NCBI GenBank assembly: GCA_964016885.1
Contig: OZ024742.1
Coordinates: forward strand, 79,732,001 to 79,796,000
DNA length: 64,000 nucleotides
From: Eledone cirrhosa
Lineage: Eukaryota
Reading direction: 5' to 3'
Positions 40,906-54,413 of this stretch are shown piece after piece; the stretch's first letter is position 1, and each line of letters starts with the position of its first letter. The position numbers and the translations under genes are program-made. Under the pieces are notes generated by a model. That model did no database searches. It was not told the DNA's origin and was given only the letters and a program-made list of their open reading frames with translations.

Positions 40906-41085
40906 TTTATTCCGGGTTCAATCGGGGGTAACCACAGTACGTAAGGTACTCTATACAAAGCTGAGTATACATATTTAATATAGAAATGGCTTCTACACGA
41001 CTAGAACAGTTTCATTCGGGAGGAATCATCATTTCTCCCGAATGAAACAGCTCTAGTCCTGTAGAAGCCATTTCTATATTAAATA
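40903..41085. mobile_element. (TA)n-flanked fold-back containing a broken hammerhead
   Basis: Arms ~40971-41021 and ~41035-41085; reverse strand TGATGA-TTC..GAAT-GAAA..TA-GAAGCC lacks the 5' strand of stem I. Confidence 0.7.
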
Positions 41086-41099
41086 TATATATATATATA

Positions 41100-41386
41100 A
41101 GCAAGAAAGTAAGTGTTGGTAAAATCCAGTACTTCAGTATGCGGATAGGGAGCACTCAACGAAGATATAAGTTCCGGAGTTATAATAGTGACGAAACATA
41201 AGTCAATTGCATGAACAATTGCATATGTCCAAAGGCTCTGATATCATCAACACTATACACACATAGCTGGCATATCTAAGAACTGACTAACTGCCTGATG
41301 AGGTCATAGCCATTCAATGGCTATGATCGAAATATATATAGCAGTAAATAAAGGATTATGAGTTCATGCAATTGACTTATGTTTCG

Positions 41387-41392
<6 letters not shown>
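41100..41392 (+). mobile_element. ~290-bp (TA)n-flanked mini-element with 31-bp inverted repeat and hammerhead
   Basis: TAGTGACGAAACATAAGTCAATTGCATGAAC (41186-41216) is inverted at 41362-41392. Confidence 0.8.
41290..41345 (+). ncRNA. Canonical type I hammerhead ribozyme
   Basis: ACTGC-CTGATGA-GGTCATAGCCAT/TCA/ATGGCTATGATC-GAAA-TATATA-TA-GCAGT; perfect core and G-C closing pair of stem II. Confidence 0.9.
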
Positions 41393-41443
<51 letters not shown>

Positions 41444-42074
41444 TTCAAGAGTAAACCAATCTTAAAGAGAGAGATGGAGATAGGAGAGGAGAAGAGAGAT
41501 CGGTGAATTAGTTTAGAAGCGTAAAGGCATGTCCTCAATGTGCAATATGGAGTGGAAGGCAGCTAGGTGGCTGGGTTCATGCAGAGGTTAGGTGCACAGA
41601 GCTGGAAATATTCATTAGTTAAGCAAAACAAGACCACAAATTTCACAAGGAAGACATTATTTAAAGATTGTCAACATAGTTGTAGTTTAATGTAGGGAAT
41701 GTAAAGAATAATAATAATAATACTAATAATGTCCGTTTACAATTGTTTCGCTACTCCATATAACTTTCTGGATCAAATGATTATAGATCATCATTGATCT
41801 GGTTCAGATGAAGATAATTAACTTAGGTAAAAATGGAGCAGTGCATCGGAACTTCAAAAGAGATAATGAAAATATTGATAAGGAATATAAATTAAGGTAA
41901 AGAAAGATGGTTACATGAATGTAATGTTCCATGTATTGGTATTTCACTATGGTGTCCTGGGTCTATCTATTGTATGCCATAGGCGAGCAATATTCTTCTG
42001 TCGAGGTTGCATTATGAGAGATCTGCCTATGGGTAACAAGATGGCCGCCAAAGGACATATTTATCTAATCTATC

Positions 42075-43258
42075 TCGTATAGGATCTCCATGCTACGCGC
42101 AAATGAGGAGATATTTATAAACCATGCGGCATATTATAATAATGCTCTTTCTGAATCTTGTTATGAACAGTCCATTTACTACATACCTACATGCCATAAC
42201 ACAGCACTTCACCACAACCATAATAAACTTAACACTAGAACTAGAAATACTTTAGCATATAGCCAGATACGCCGGAATTTTAACAGTAACAGCACCTATA
42301 CAGGGAACCTTAATGGTGGCAGAGGACTACTTCCCACTCCAAGTAGCAAACTAAAAATCAACCCGAGAATAGGAATGAGCAATGGGATTACAAATAACGA
42401 ATGCCCAGGTAATAATAACCCTATGAAGGCCCCTGTCACCTCCACTAGAACCCCTAGAAGGAATAGGCCTAGAAATATCACCTGGCTTAACCCCCCCATT
42501 CCCATCTAACTTAGCCACTAATATCCCTAAACGCTTCTTCTCTATCCTATCTAACCCCCCTCCCTAGATATTACAAACTCTTTAATAAAAACAACATTAA
42601 AATCTCATTCTCCACAACACCTAACCTAGCTAGCCACATCGCATTCAGTAACCATCATAAACTAAGACAGTATAACTCCCACACCGCGGTACCACCACCC
42701 TCCTCAAATACACCACACCACTACACCAATACTTACTCTAGTAGCATACCTCCCCCACCTAATCCTTCTAGTACGCACCAACCGCATAGTTTAAACTACC
42801 CTACCCTCACTAACCGCAGCAGTAACTGCAACTGCTGTTACCCTAATGCATGCCCACTAAACGGATAATGCCTTACACCCAATATAGTTCATAGGTGCAC
42901 AGTTAAAACAGCTTCGCATACCAGCTCCTATATTGGCTCTACCTCTAACCCTTTTAAGGTACGCTATAACGCGCACTCATTTTCCTTCCGAGACCCTAGC
43001 AATATATGTTCAACATTTCTAGCTAGGCTCATTAAAAACCTTAAATTAACCAACATTGAACACTCACTAACATGGCATATCTTGGCTAGAGCCCAACCGT
43101 TAAATGGACGAAGACACTCTTGTGATCTCTGTCTTACCGAAGCCTATTACATAACTCTATCACGACCTCTACAGATTAATGATAGAACGGAGGTAACTAT
43201 TAGCTGTCAACATCGAAGGGAAAATTCCTTCGCCAACAGAATAGTTGACCCAACATAG
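42075..43258 (+). pseudogene. RT thumb, linker and GIY-YIG remnant
   Basis: IFINHAAYYNNAL, RNITWLNPP, FNKNNIKISFSTTPNL, CNCCYPNACPLNG*CL, SYIGSTSNPFKVRYNAH, CDLCLTE, CQHR; frameshifts and a TAA stop. Confidence 0.88.
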
Positions 43259-43654
43259 TCATCTAATCCCACTTTTACTTATAGCTAACATGTTAAATAG
43301 TTATAGCTAACTTAGATAATTATAAGTTACCTCCCTTACATTTCTCTCACTTAAACTCATGAGCACTTCTTAACTATAAACCACCTACAATTTCTAATTT
43401 CTCGAGGAGTTACTTCACCTGAAACCAGCCTCTAATTAGTAAGATAAATTTGTCCTTTGGAGGCCATCTTGTTACACATAGGCAGATCTCGCATAATGGA
43501 GCCTCGACAGAAGAATATTGCTCGCCTATGGCAGAGAATAGATAGACCCAGGACACCATAGTGAAATACCAATATATGGAACATTACATTCGTGAACCAT
43601 CTTTCTTTACCTTAATTTATATTCCTTATCAATATTTTCATTATCTCTTTTGAA

Positions 43655-43772
43655 GTTCCGATGAACTGCTCCATTTTTACCTAAGTTAATTATCTTCATC
43701 TGAACCAGATCAATAATGATCTATAATCATTTGATCCAGAAAGTTATATGGAGTAGCGAAACAATTGTAAAC
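43655..43772 (+). ncRNA. Hammerhead with ~93-nt stem II, core variant CCGATGA
   Basis: GTT-CCGATGA-ACTGCTCCAT..ATGGAGTAGC-GAAA-CAATTG-TA-AAC; stem I only 3 bp; mutated mirror copy at ~41734-41853. Confidence 0.6.
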
Positions 43773-45609
43773 GGACATTATTAGTATTATTATTATTATT
43801 ATTATTCTTTACATCCCTTACATTAAACTACAACTATGTTGACAATCTTTAAATAATGTCTTCCTTGTGAAATTTGTGGTCTTGTTTTGCTCATCTAATG
43901 AATATATATATATATATATATGTGTGCGTGTGTGTGTGTGTGTGTATGTGTGTATGTGTGTTGTGTGTGTATGTATGTATATATGTATATTATGTATGTG
44001 TCTGTGTGTGTCGCAATATCCGTAGGTGCGAAAAGGAAAAACACAATCAGTTGGGAAGAAAGCAAAAATATTATATTATTTATTTATGTTCATACGCGGA
44101 ACAAATGCGCCACATAAGGTTTCAAGGCAATATACCCAGAATACAATTTGACCATACACCCAGAATACAAGAGGCATCAAATTAGTGACCTTTCTTCAGT
44201 CGCTTATACGAGTTTATAATGTACTGTTAAAAGTAAATTTTGGTATCAATACTTTTTGAAAACTGTGAAAGCAATAATACCTCAAATCAAGAGCTGCAAC
44301 GGGGACAGCGTGGTTTTGGCTTGTTGGAAAGTACACACAAAACGTTCTAATTGCTTCCGTATAATATAATCCATCCATGAACTACAGGAGAAAATGATGA
44401 AACCCCCAGGAAATGGAATGTGAGCTTTACCGCGGAAAATGGGTGTTGCAGCTGCCCCTATGAAACTGGCCTTGAATCTGAACCTCCTCTACCAATCATT
44501 CAAGAGTTGTAAAGCGTAAAGTGTTACAGAAAAGTGTCGAGAAAACCATCTGACAAAGGCAAAGAAACTTCTGAAAAATGTGAAACATTCTTTGTAACCA
44601 GGGAAATCTGGTTCTTCTCCGATGAAAATAATGTTGTCATCACCTGGTGCACAAGACCCAGAACAACAGATGGTTTGCCTACAATCCATATGTGGTTCCT
44701 CTGTCATGAAGACAAAGTTTCCCCAAACTGTATTGGTCTTTGCATGTGTATCATTTTCAAATGCACAAGATAATCAGTGCCGAGGAAGCAATTCCTTCCA
44801 TAGGGTTAGTAAAGGGAGTTAACAACGATGGCCTAGAAAACACACGGGGAGAATCTAAGTAGAATCGTCTTAAGAGCATTCTGCTCGGGGACCAAGTCCT
44901 TTGCTTAGCATTCCTATAGACAATATCTAAATTCACGTACGTCAAAACCAAACCTGTGTGAGAAGAAATTACGAAAAGAAAACCATTATGTGCGCAATTC
45001 TACAATATCCATGCATTACAGATTCATTGGCTTGTGACAAATAACTGTTAATTCGCGAAGGGCCTCCCTTGATATCAGTCGAAGCTACAGTGAGAATCGA
45101 ACCGTCACCTTCCATCGGCAAGGAACGCCGGCAAATTATACTCTGTATTGTTGTTAGAGTAAAAATGTGTGGAGGACCAAGATGTAATAGTTGATATCAG
45201 TGGTTTTCTTTACCGGCGAAGGCCCCTTTAAGTTGTACTTGAAGAGGAAAGTGTAGAATGGAGAGGTTAGATGTGTCTATAGAATGTTTCATGATAGGTC
45301 GGTGAAAGCTCGAGATTGATGAACCTATATGGGCCTAGACTCTCGAGTGTTTACACTTTACTGAGACGTAGAGAAATGAAACTAGAAGACATTTTCAATG
45401 CCTTTGGTGACACGTATTAGTTAGGTTCGTTGTGTGGCTTGTTACCCAAATTACCTTAGCTGCTCTTCCACCTACTGGAGAATATTTTTCTGCTTGAAAT
45501 ATATTGTTAATTTAGTGCTATAATTGATTTCAACCATTTTCGCGCTGTAAACCGTATTCGCTGTGTTGTAACTGACCCTTATAATATCCCAACGTCCTAA
45601 TCCTTTGTG

Positions 45610-45634
45610 ACTACTACTACTACTACTACTTCTT

Positions 45635-45675
<41 letters not shown>

Positions 45676-45691
45676 GCTGCTGCTGCTGATG

Positions 45692-45759
<68 letters not shown>

Positions 45760-45835
45760 GCTGCTGCTGCTACTACTACTACTACTACTACTACTATTAC
45801 TACTACTACTACCACTACTACTACTGCTGCTGCTG

Positions 45836-45914
<79 letters not shown>
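45610..45914. repeat. (CTA)n with (CTG) interruptions
   Basis: Direct inspection. Confidence 0.95.
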
Positions 45915-46464
45915 ATTTGTAGACGTATAAAATATTAATATGAGTATTGAAAAATTGAAAGAATAATTCAGCCGCTATAAATTATGAGAAATATAATATG
46001 GTGAAAGCATGAGAAAAGATGCGAGGAAGAAAGCAATAGAGATAGAAAAACCATGATAGTAAGCTATTAACTCGTGGAGTATTTGAGCCTACAAATAACA
46101 AGTGAATGCTGTGGGTGTGAGATAAGAGAAAGAAGAGAAAGCGAAATGAATAAATGTGAAAAATATGAAGAATAGAAAAATACAAATAATGAATTGACTT
46201 AACCTAAATCCTTACTTGTACTAAACCATGTTTCAAATCTTGTAAACGTTTCACAATCATTTATCTCGCCATCAAAATAAATTATATTTAACTAAAAAGA
46301 TGAAGCACGTATTACTGGCTTCAAGGAAGTAGACACATTATTATTAATATTCGAAAAGCTCAGATTACATTGATTGTATTCAGCCATGTAGAGCAACATT
46401 TTCTTTTTTATTTGAATTTGGCAAAGCCGGCCATTTATCGCTCGTATACAGGAAAATGACTGGC

Positions 46465-46565
46465 CAGACTGCTGATATGCAAATCTGGCTGATCAGTGGA
46501 TCTGCTAATATGCAGATCTGACTGATCAGCCAGTCTGCTAATATGCAAATCAGGCCGATCAGTCA
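46465..46565. repeat. ~33-bp tandem repeat, three copies
   Basis: CTGCTAATATGCA.ATCTG.CTGATCAG units. Confidence 0.8.
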
Positions 46566-46765
46566 CTGTGTATTTTTGAAAATAGCATATATTTTCACTA
46601 GCTCTGACAGTTTGGCAGGTGAACAGTGAGCTGTACTGATGAAGGGTGATACCCAGAAACATTGGTGTCTGCAGTTTTGTTAGCATGCCAACATAAGAGC
46701 AAGAATGCTCCTGATATGGATATAAAATTGAGGCTTGTTTGCAAAATTGCAAACGAATCGAATAT

Positions 46766-46950
46766 TGGATTGGCATCATCGGTAGAGGGTCGGACGCCAT
46801 GCTTTCCAGCATAATTACGTCCCTTTATGATCTGAGTTCAAATCCCGCCGAGGTTAACTTTGCCTTTCATCCTTATGGGGTCGATAAAATAAAGTACCAG
46901 TAATGCACTGGAATAATTGCTGGCCGTGTGCCTAAAGTAGAAACAATTAT
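46766..46950 (+). mobile_element. SINE family A, full length
   Basis: Closely similar to 9237-9420. Confidence 0.9.
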
Positions 46951-47444
46951 TAATATTATTAATATTCGAAACACTCATATTACATTAATTGTATTCAGCC
47001 ATGTAGAGCGAAATTTTCTTTTTTACGTATATTTTCAGATAAACTAATATTTATATATGGGAAAGAGGAGTTAATCAGATCCAAGTTATTTATGATCACT
47101 GAAAGGGAAGTTTACATCATCGATATGACAGACGCCATTATGAGAATATATATTTAAACCCTTGTGTAAATCCCACAGCATTACCTGGGAATAGATATGA
47201 GTAATGATGCGAATATCAGCAAGAAGATGGGAATATGCTGATGAGAGCAGATGGAGCCGCAGTGCATAGCTTGACTATTGCTATCAGCTATGGACACTAC
47301 AATAGCATCAAACTGCCTTCGAAAATTGAGGCAATCCAGTAACACTACTCAGGAGGATCACTTCAAAGAAAAAGCTGAGCTACTGGGAGCGGCTGACAAT
47401 TTTAAAACTCTACTGCCTAGAGCGAAGACGGGAAGGATACGCAG

Positions 47445-47487
<43 letters not shown>

Positions 47488-47654
47488 GCAACACTCATCT
47501 TTTTCCATTTCTCCGAGGGTTATAAACCCCACTATCAGGCTAGAAATTTCTTTAGTCTAAAATACGGTGAAAGCTTCTAATTTCTAATTTCTAATTTTCA
47601 AACTCGCGCACCGTTTCAAAAACATACTTACATGTTTACATTTATAATTTGCCT

Positions 47655-47742
<88 letters not shown>

Positions 47743-48626
47743 CACTAATATGGACGGGGTGTTAAATTTGCATTACATGTATTGAGGTGTGACGCGCGTT
47801 TAGCGATAATTCAACTCAAGGTTTGATCTGTGTCGATCAGGCCGGACTCTGGAATTAAAAGCTCATTGGACTTCTGTTATTGTAATGACAGCAAGATTCC
47901 ATTAAGTAGCACAGTATTAATAATAACAATAAGGAGTAGGAACGAAGCATCAATATTCCATCAATATAATTAGCTTTCATTCTTACGGTGCCAATAAAAT
48001 AAAGTACCGGTAATGCACAGGAGTCGATTTAATCGATTTTTCCCTCACCAAATGTTTGGCCTTCTCCCTAAATCAGAAACCATTATCATTTTGTGTTGTT
48101 CATATTTCTCCTCTTTTGTTTTCAGTTTTTGCCGAGTGTCTTCTCGACACCTAGAGTAGAGAAACTTACTGCATAGATTGATAAACCACAAAATAAACAC
48201 CAGAATTCCTATGTCACCCACTTTACACAGATACAAGTCTATCATTTCTCTGTTTAAAATCATATTTACAACAGAAGGATATTCAATCATATAATACTAC
48301 TCAATTATTTACAACTTACATAATTATGGTATGTAATCTAATAAAGATATGTAAAATGAATATGAGCATCCCATGTGAAAACAATACGCAATATTATGAT
48401 TACATCGGATGCTCATATCAATCAATAAACAACATTTGTTATTTATGTCTTTTACAACAATATCCGGTCTGTTATTGTGTAATCAAGTATGAAATTTGTA
48501 GAAATTTGTGGGAAACAAACAAATTCTTACACATTTCATACTTAACCCAATAGCTTGGGAGTCCAAAAGAATCGTTACATTTCCCTCTCAGTTACAGCAT
48601 CAACCTGTCATCTTAATTGCTCATGC

Positions 48627-48741
48627 CTTCTTCTTCTTCTTCTTCTTCTTCTTCTTCTTCTTCTTCTTCTTCTTCTTCTTCTTCTTCTTCTTCTTCTTCT
48701 TCTTCTTCTTCTTCTTCTTCTTCTTCTTCTTCTTCTTCTTC
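48627..48741. repeat. (TTC)n microsatellite
   Basis: Direct inspection. Confidence 0.95.
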
Positions 48742-48869
48742 TGCTTATGTATATGTATGTCTATCCATTTTTAGGACTATATCATACGTATATATTTACA
48801 TCTTTGAATATATTTCATCTCCCTGTCAAGTAACACCCACGTTTACTTGCGAATTCTACTAAACATTTC

Positions 48870-51706
48870 AAAGACGAGCCGAAAGACAAGCAATGTCCAG
48901 AAGCTCGATGAATGACGGTAGCCTACCAGTCCGGAGCATGAAGAAAGGCCCGCCTCTAAGGCCAGCATTGACCATCATATCTCTAAATATTGAAGGACTA
49001 TCTGCAACTAAAGAAGAACTTGTTGCAAAACTCTGCAGAGAGCATCAGTGTGACATTCTCTGCCTACAAGAAACCCACGTGGACTTAAACATCCCCACCC
49101 TCATGTGGAAGGAATGACCACCCTCATACAAAGACCACATGAGAAATATGGAAGCATCATGCTAGCAAAAAATGGGACAATCATCGAATCAAAAACAAAG
49201 ATTGTGATCGGAGACTTCAACAGCCACAGCACACAATGGGGATATGCTAATAACAATGCATATTCCTTCAACAGCGGACGATGGAAAGCAGGTTACAATC
49301 CTGATATCGCGTTTGTCATCACCAGACTGAGCAAGAAGCTAGTTTTGGAGCCACTGTCAAAAACCCAACACCGCCCCATTGGCATTACAGTCAATGCTGT
49401 AATCACCCCAGCCACAGTTCCATTCTGAAGATGATTCAATTTTGGGAAAGCCAACTGGCCTGACTTCCATGAAGATCTTGAAAGGAAGATTGCCCACCTC
49501 CCAGCGGACCCCCAAAACTACGATAACTTCACCAAACAGCTCGGAAGAACATCCCAAGAGGCTGCCGCTCTCAATACATTCCTGGACTCGATGCTCAAAG
49601 CAGCGAACTATATGAGCAATACCAACAGATCTATGAATCTGACCTCTTTGCTGAAAGTACCATCGAAGTAGGTGAGGGACTCATGACCTCCCTATCAGAA
49701 TGCCGCCAAATGGAAAAAAACCTGTTGGAGACAACTGATATGGCGAAAAACAATAAAAAGGCATGGAGTCTAATCCGGAAAATCATCAACAACCGTCAAC
49801 ACCAACACAACAGCAGTACACCATCACCGACAACCAAGTTGCATATCAGCTGTTGCTCAATTGGAAATCCACCACCAAACAGCCAAGACCACAGGTATAC
49901 CGACTTCAATACTCCCAAAGCACCGGATGGACTAAGCCGTTCTCGCTTGAAGAGCTCAATATCAGCAACAATACCCTTAAGACTGGTAAAGCCATCGGCC
50001 TAGATAATATTTTCACAGAGGAGATCAAGCACTTTGGACCTCTGACACGGAAATGGATCCTTGAGCTGATGAACAACTGCATGCTGACAAGAAACATCCC
50101 AAAGATCTGGAGAAAAACCAGAATTATTGCTCTTCTCAAACCGGGTAAAGATCCAGCGCATGCAAAAAGGGTTTCCGCCCAATCTCCCTTCTATGCCACC
50201 CATTTAAGCTGTTTGAGCGACTGATCCTCAGCAGGTTGGCCCCAGTTGTTGAACCAGCCATCATCCCCCAACAAGCTGGATTCCGACCTGGCAAATCCAC
50301 AACAAGCCAACTCCTAAATCTCCCTCGGCACATTGAAGATGGGTTTCAGAAAGGACTGGTAACAGGAGCCGTCTTTGTTGATCTGTCGACCACATACGAC
50401 ACTCTGACCCATCGCCTCCTCCTGAAAAAGATCTTGGAGCTGACAAAAGACCTGGCACTCACAAATCTCATTGGAGCCATCTTGAAAGACAGGCGCTTCT
50501 ATGTTACCCTGAACAACAAGCAAAGTCGTTGGCGACGACAAAGGAACGGCTTACCTCAAGGTAGTGTTATGGCCCCACTACTATATAACATCTACACCAA
50601 TGACCAGCCAATGGACCACAACACTGAGCGGTTCATCTACGCTGATGACCTCTGTGTTACATCCCAAGAGAGTACGTTCGAAGCAGTAGAAGTACACCGC
50701 AACTCAGCCCTGGATGAGCTACTCCTCTACTACGAGAGCAACCACCTGCATGCAAACCTTACGAAGACTCAAGCCTGCTCGTTCCATCTCAGGAACCAGG
50801 AAGCCAACCGACCTCTTAACATCACATGGTCAGGAATACCACTTGAGAACTGCACCAATCCTGTCTACCTTGGCATAACCCTGGACCACACCCTCTCATT
50901 CAAGGAACACATCAAAAACACCAAATCGAAAGTCAGCTCCCGGAACAACATCCTACGGAAACTGACCAACTCCAAATGGGGAGCCACAGCACACACACTA
51001 AGATGTACTGCCTTGGCCCTGTGCTATTCCTCTGCGGAGTACACGTGTCCTGTTTGGGAGAGACCAACCCATGCCAGTAAACTAGGCCCAGCGTTGAACA
51101 ACACCTGCCGTTTGATCACTGGTTGCCTGAAGCCTACCAACCCGAACAACCTGCATCTCCTCGGTGGCATTGCCCCTGCAGATGTGAGATGGGAAGCTGT
51201 CAGCCGAGTAGAGATCACAAAGGCTATCAGTGATAAACGCCACCTCCTTCACGGACATGAACCTCCGGCCCAACGACTGAAGTCAAGGAGAAGCTTCCTC
51301 AACCATGTCCAGCCCCTAACAACATCTCAGGAAAAAAACAGACCACAGCTATGGACTAGAAATCTAGAGAATGACTCCCCTCCTATTGACATGGGAATGC
51401 CCCCTTCTGAAGCCTTCCCTCCTGGTTCAGAAGCACCATGGGTCTAGTGGAAGGCACTCAACCACCTGAGAACAGGAATGGGGCGATGAAAAGCTGCTAT
51501 GGCCAGATGGGACTACAAGACTGGCCCAACCATTTGCGAATACAGAGAGGAGGACCATACGATGCAGCACTGCCTTGTTTGGCCTCTACTCCCCAACCAG
51601 TGCAGCTTAAAAGATCTCGCAGAATTTAATAATAATGCAAAGGACTGTGTAAAGAAATGGGAAATGGCATATAACCACATGCTTCGAAGATACGAAAAGA
51701 AGAAGA
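48870..51706 (+). mobile_element. Near full-length single-ORF LINE (Ingi/Vingi-like, I group), disrupted
   Basis: APE (SLNIEGL, DILCLQETH, GDFNSH, YNPD), RT (QAGFRPGKS, FVDLS, GLPQGS, YADD, YLGITLD), very short UTRs, GATACGAAAAGAAGAAG tail; deletions and frameshifts; clade assignment is from motif recall. Confidence 0.85.
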
Positions 51707-51899
51707 TCTCACTACTTTACATTTACATTGCTCTCGAGAGATATGAAATAACAGATAAAATTTAATAGTTTAACTAATGAAGGAAGCGATTAGCGGAAAG
51801 AAGGAATCATTAATCAAATAAGGGAATTAAGGAAATGTGAAAGCAGAGCATTGGCTGGGTGATTCATTTAATCAAATAATTATATAGAAATTAAGACAG

Positions 51900-53340
51900 T
51901 GTAATAAAACGTCTATTTTCTCGGAATAAGTTATAAGAGGAGAATATACGAGTAATTTGAGATGGCTTGCGTGAAGATGGCAGTAGTTCAGCAAACTCCA
52001 AGGACTATAGTCAAGTGTAGTAACCGTAGAAGAGACAGAGACTGCAAAGTGTAAGTTTAGTTGAGTTACATTTTTCTTGGTGTCGTCAAACATGCCGATA
52101 GGAGCAACAGCAACAACGCCCCACATGTGGTAGCATATTCCAGTGTGTGTCAAATCTGAACTTTGTGAAGTTCAATTGGTTGTTAAACGCCGTAGACGTT
52201 CTGGGACACTGAAGTGGAGGCCAAATTCTTGGGATGAGGATGTAGCTATGCTAAAAATGTGTGTCCTCACTGAGAGATTCTCAGTGATTTAGAGGAGTAG
52301 TATTTAGAACAGTTGTCAGTGCCCTGGTCATGTTCTCATGTTTACGTTGCGATGGCATATTGTTAAGATGAACAAAGCTTGTTAATTCTGATATTCAAAG
52401 AAACGAGATTAGCATGAATTATCTGATGACGCTTTCCAACTGTCTGTCCATATGTTTAATACTGACTTGAGGCGGTAATATTGCATATTGAGGAACTTGG
52501 CTTGGGAAGGTCATGGATGAATGAAAGATGCTATCATCTAATTATGAGTGAGCCTTTTAGATGTGATGGCTTCCATGACATTGATGTAGAGAAGGAAGAC
52601 TGTGGGAAAGAAACGAACAAAGAGGCTGACAAGAGTTTATAGAATGTTGGACAGAGACACAGCTATTCACATAGCTATTTGACATGATAAAGCAAATTCG
52701 CAAGACAGATATGACCAAAAGCTTTGCTGATATCTAGATATTGTTTACACCAAGTCTCTCCGCTGAGAATTCACTGGTAAATGGCTTATGAGTGACACTC
52801 TCCAGTTTATATCGTTTTACGGAAATCGTATCTGTGGTCGTAAACGAGAGATATTCAGAGTGATGAACATATTGAAGGTGAGTACAAAATAATAGTTACC
52901 AGAGTCGGAATGATTTCTCTTCTTGTGAATGGAAACACACTGGAGTGTGTTTACAAAAATCAGAGTAAATCTCTTTACAAAGAGAGATAGTTGAAATGAT
53001 TGGTGAATATAGGAAATAGTTCCAGGGCAAATTGTTTTAGGATAATGATAGAAGGTATATTGTTATGGTCGGTTGTCATGTTATTCTGAATTGACGGGAG
53101 GTATTTTTGCAGAGAGGTTAGTCACGCGTGTTGGGAGAGATAGATGAAGAGAAGTATTATATAGTGGGTGCAGCGTGGAGTTGTTTGCAAAATGGTCAGC
53201 AAAGGTGGGCGCTTCATTCACAGGAGAACTGCTTGAATTTAATAATGTAGTTGGTATCTCAAAATGCTATAAATATAAAACTTGATTATCATGGTGGGGA
53301 TGCTTTGATAGGCTTGCTCAGTTATTGTTTAGCTGAGGCT
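51900..53340 (-). pseudogene. Decayed LINE RT (CR1/Jockey-like)
   Basis: Reverse-strand remnants LDISKAF (~52730), LDDSI (~52535), LEY..HMWG (~52130). Confidence 0.65.
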
Positions 53341-53456
53341 AAAGAACAACAGATTAATTAAAATAGACCACAGAGAGTCCACAATCGACGTAGGAGCCAG
53401 TCCATTCTAATTCAACCTGCTAGAAATAGCAGCTAAATCACCCGCAAATTATGTCG

Positions 53457-53506
53457 TATTAACCTAATAATTGTTTCTACTTTTAGAAACAATTATTAGG
53501 TTAATA
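53457..53506. repeat. Perfect 23-bp-arm hairpin
   Basis: TATTAACCTAATAATTGTTTCTA-CTTT-TAGAAACAATTATTAGGTTAATA. Confidence 0.9.
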
Positions 53507-53939
53507 ATGGAAACACAGAGATCATATACCCTCCGTTAGCCGCTGTCTCCAAGAAAGACTGGGCATTGCTGGAAAGTATTTCATAATAGATCTATTCCAT
53601 TAGGACCAATCTAGTGCTAAACAAAACTATGAATACAAAATTCACAATATGAATGAAGGAAATAATTAATATTTTATCATTACGATTCATATACTGTGAA
53701 ATAAATTTTTTTTTATGTAGTTAAATATTTACTAAAATTGACGCATCGATGATTTAGAGAAACCAACAAAAACAATAATACCTTTGCATCCTGTAGTGAA
53801 GAAGTAATTAGATATGTATACGTTTTGACATACATTCAATCCGGGAAGTCTTGGAATATTTATCAAATATGGTGCAGGACCCAAACCAAGGAGAATGGGA
53901 CGTTATTCAAATACTTATAAGTACGTAATTGGGTATTTA

Positions 53940-54100
53940 AGGTGGTGACTTGGACGAGTCCTTAGAACGTCGGATATAATGCATTGAGATATTTATTTCG
54001 GTTCTCTGCTCTCTTTGAGTTCAAATATCGCCGAAGTCAACTTTTATTTTCATCCATTCGAGGTTGATAAAAAAATGTACCACTCTATTACTGGGATCGT
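53940..54100 (+). mobile_element. Diverged SINE family A copy
   Basis: GAGTTCAAATATCGCCGAAGTCAACTTT..TTTCATCCATTCGAGGTTGATAAAA. Confidence 0.7.
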
Positions 54101-54367
54101 TTCTTCCTGTATATCTGTTTCTACCTTCCATTCTTCCGCTCTATTTAACCTTTTCTGGAAGAAATCTGCTGTATTCAACCTGGAGAACAAACGAGTTCCG
54201 TCAGATTTTAAGATGTCATAGAGATGCCGTATACTGTGCCCCTACGATTCCCTAGAAGAAGAAGAGGACACAAGATACATCTGGCAACGATGGAGTTGAT
54301 AGCGAGCAAGATGGTTGCATGAAATCTTGAGGACTCTGCCCCATTGTTCTCTGAGAAATAAGTGGGC

Positions 54368-54410
<43 letters not shown>

Positions 54411-54413
<3 letters not shown>

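Larger units (their letters stand above)
41441..43905 (+). mobile_element. Second Naiad-type Penelope-like element with ~460-bp inverted arms
   Basis: 41608-42066 is inverted at 43442-43905; tail 41441-41607; (TA)n on both sides. Confidence 0.9.

Noticed and set aside
42855-42875. In-frame stop in the Cys motif as selenocysteine
   Set aside because: The codon is TAA, not TGA, and is not at a Cys position
44300-45330. Possible transposase or helicase remnant (CCSCP; FYLDSPRVFS)
   Set aside because: Motifs too short and on opposite strands; needs tBLASTn/HMM search
46465-46565. CRISPR-like array
   Set aside because: Contiguous minisatellite without unique spacers, in eukaryotic DNA with no cas genes
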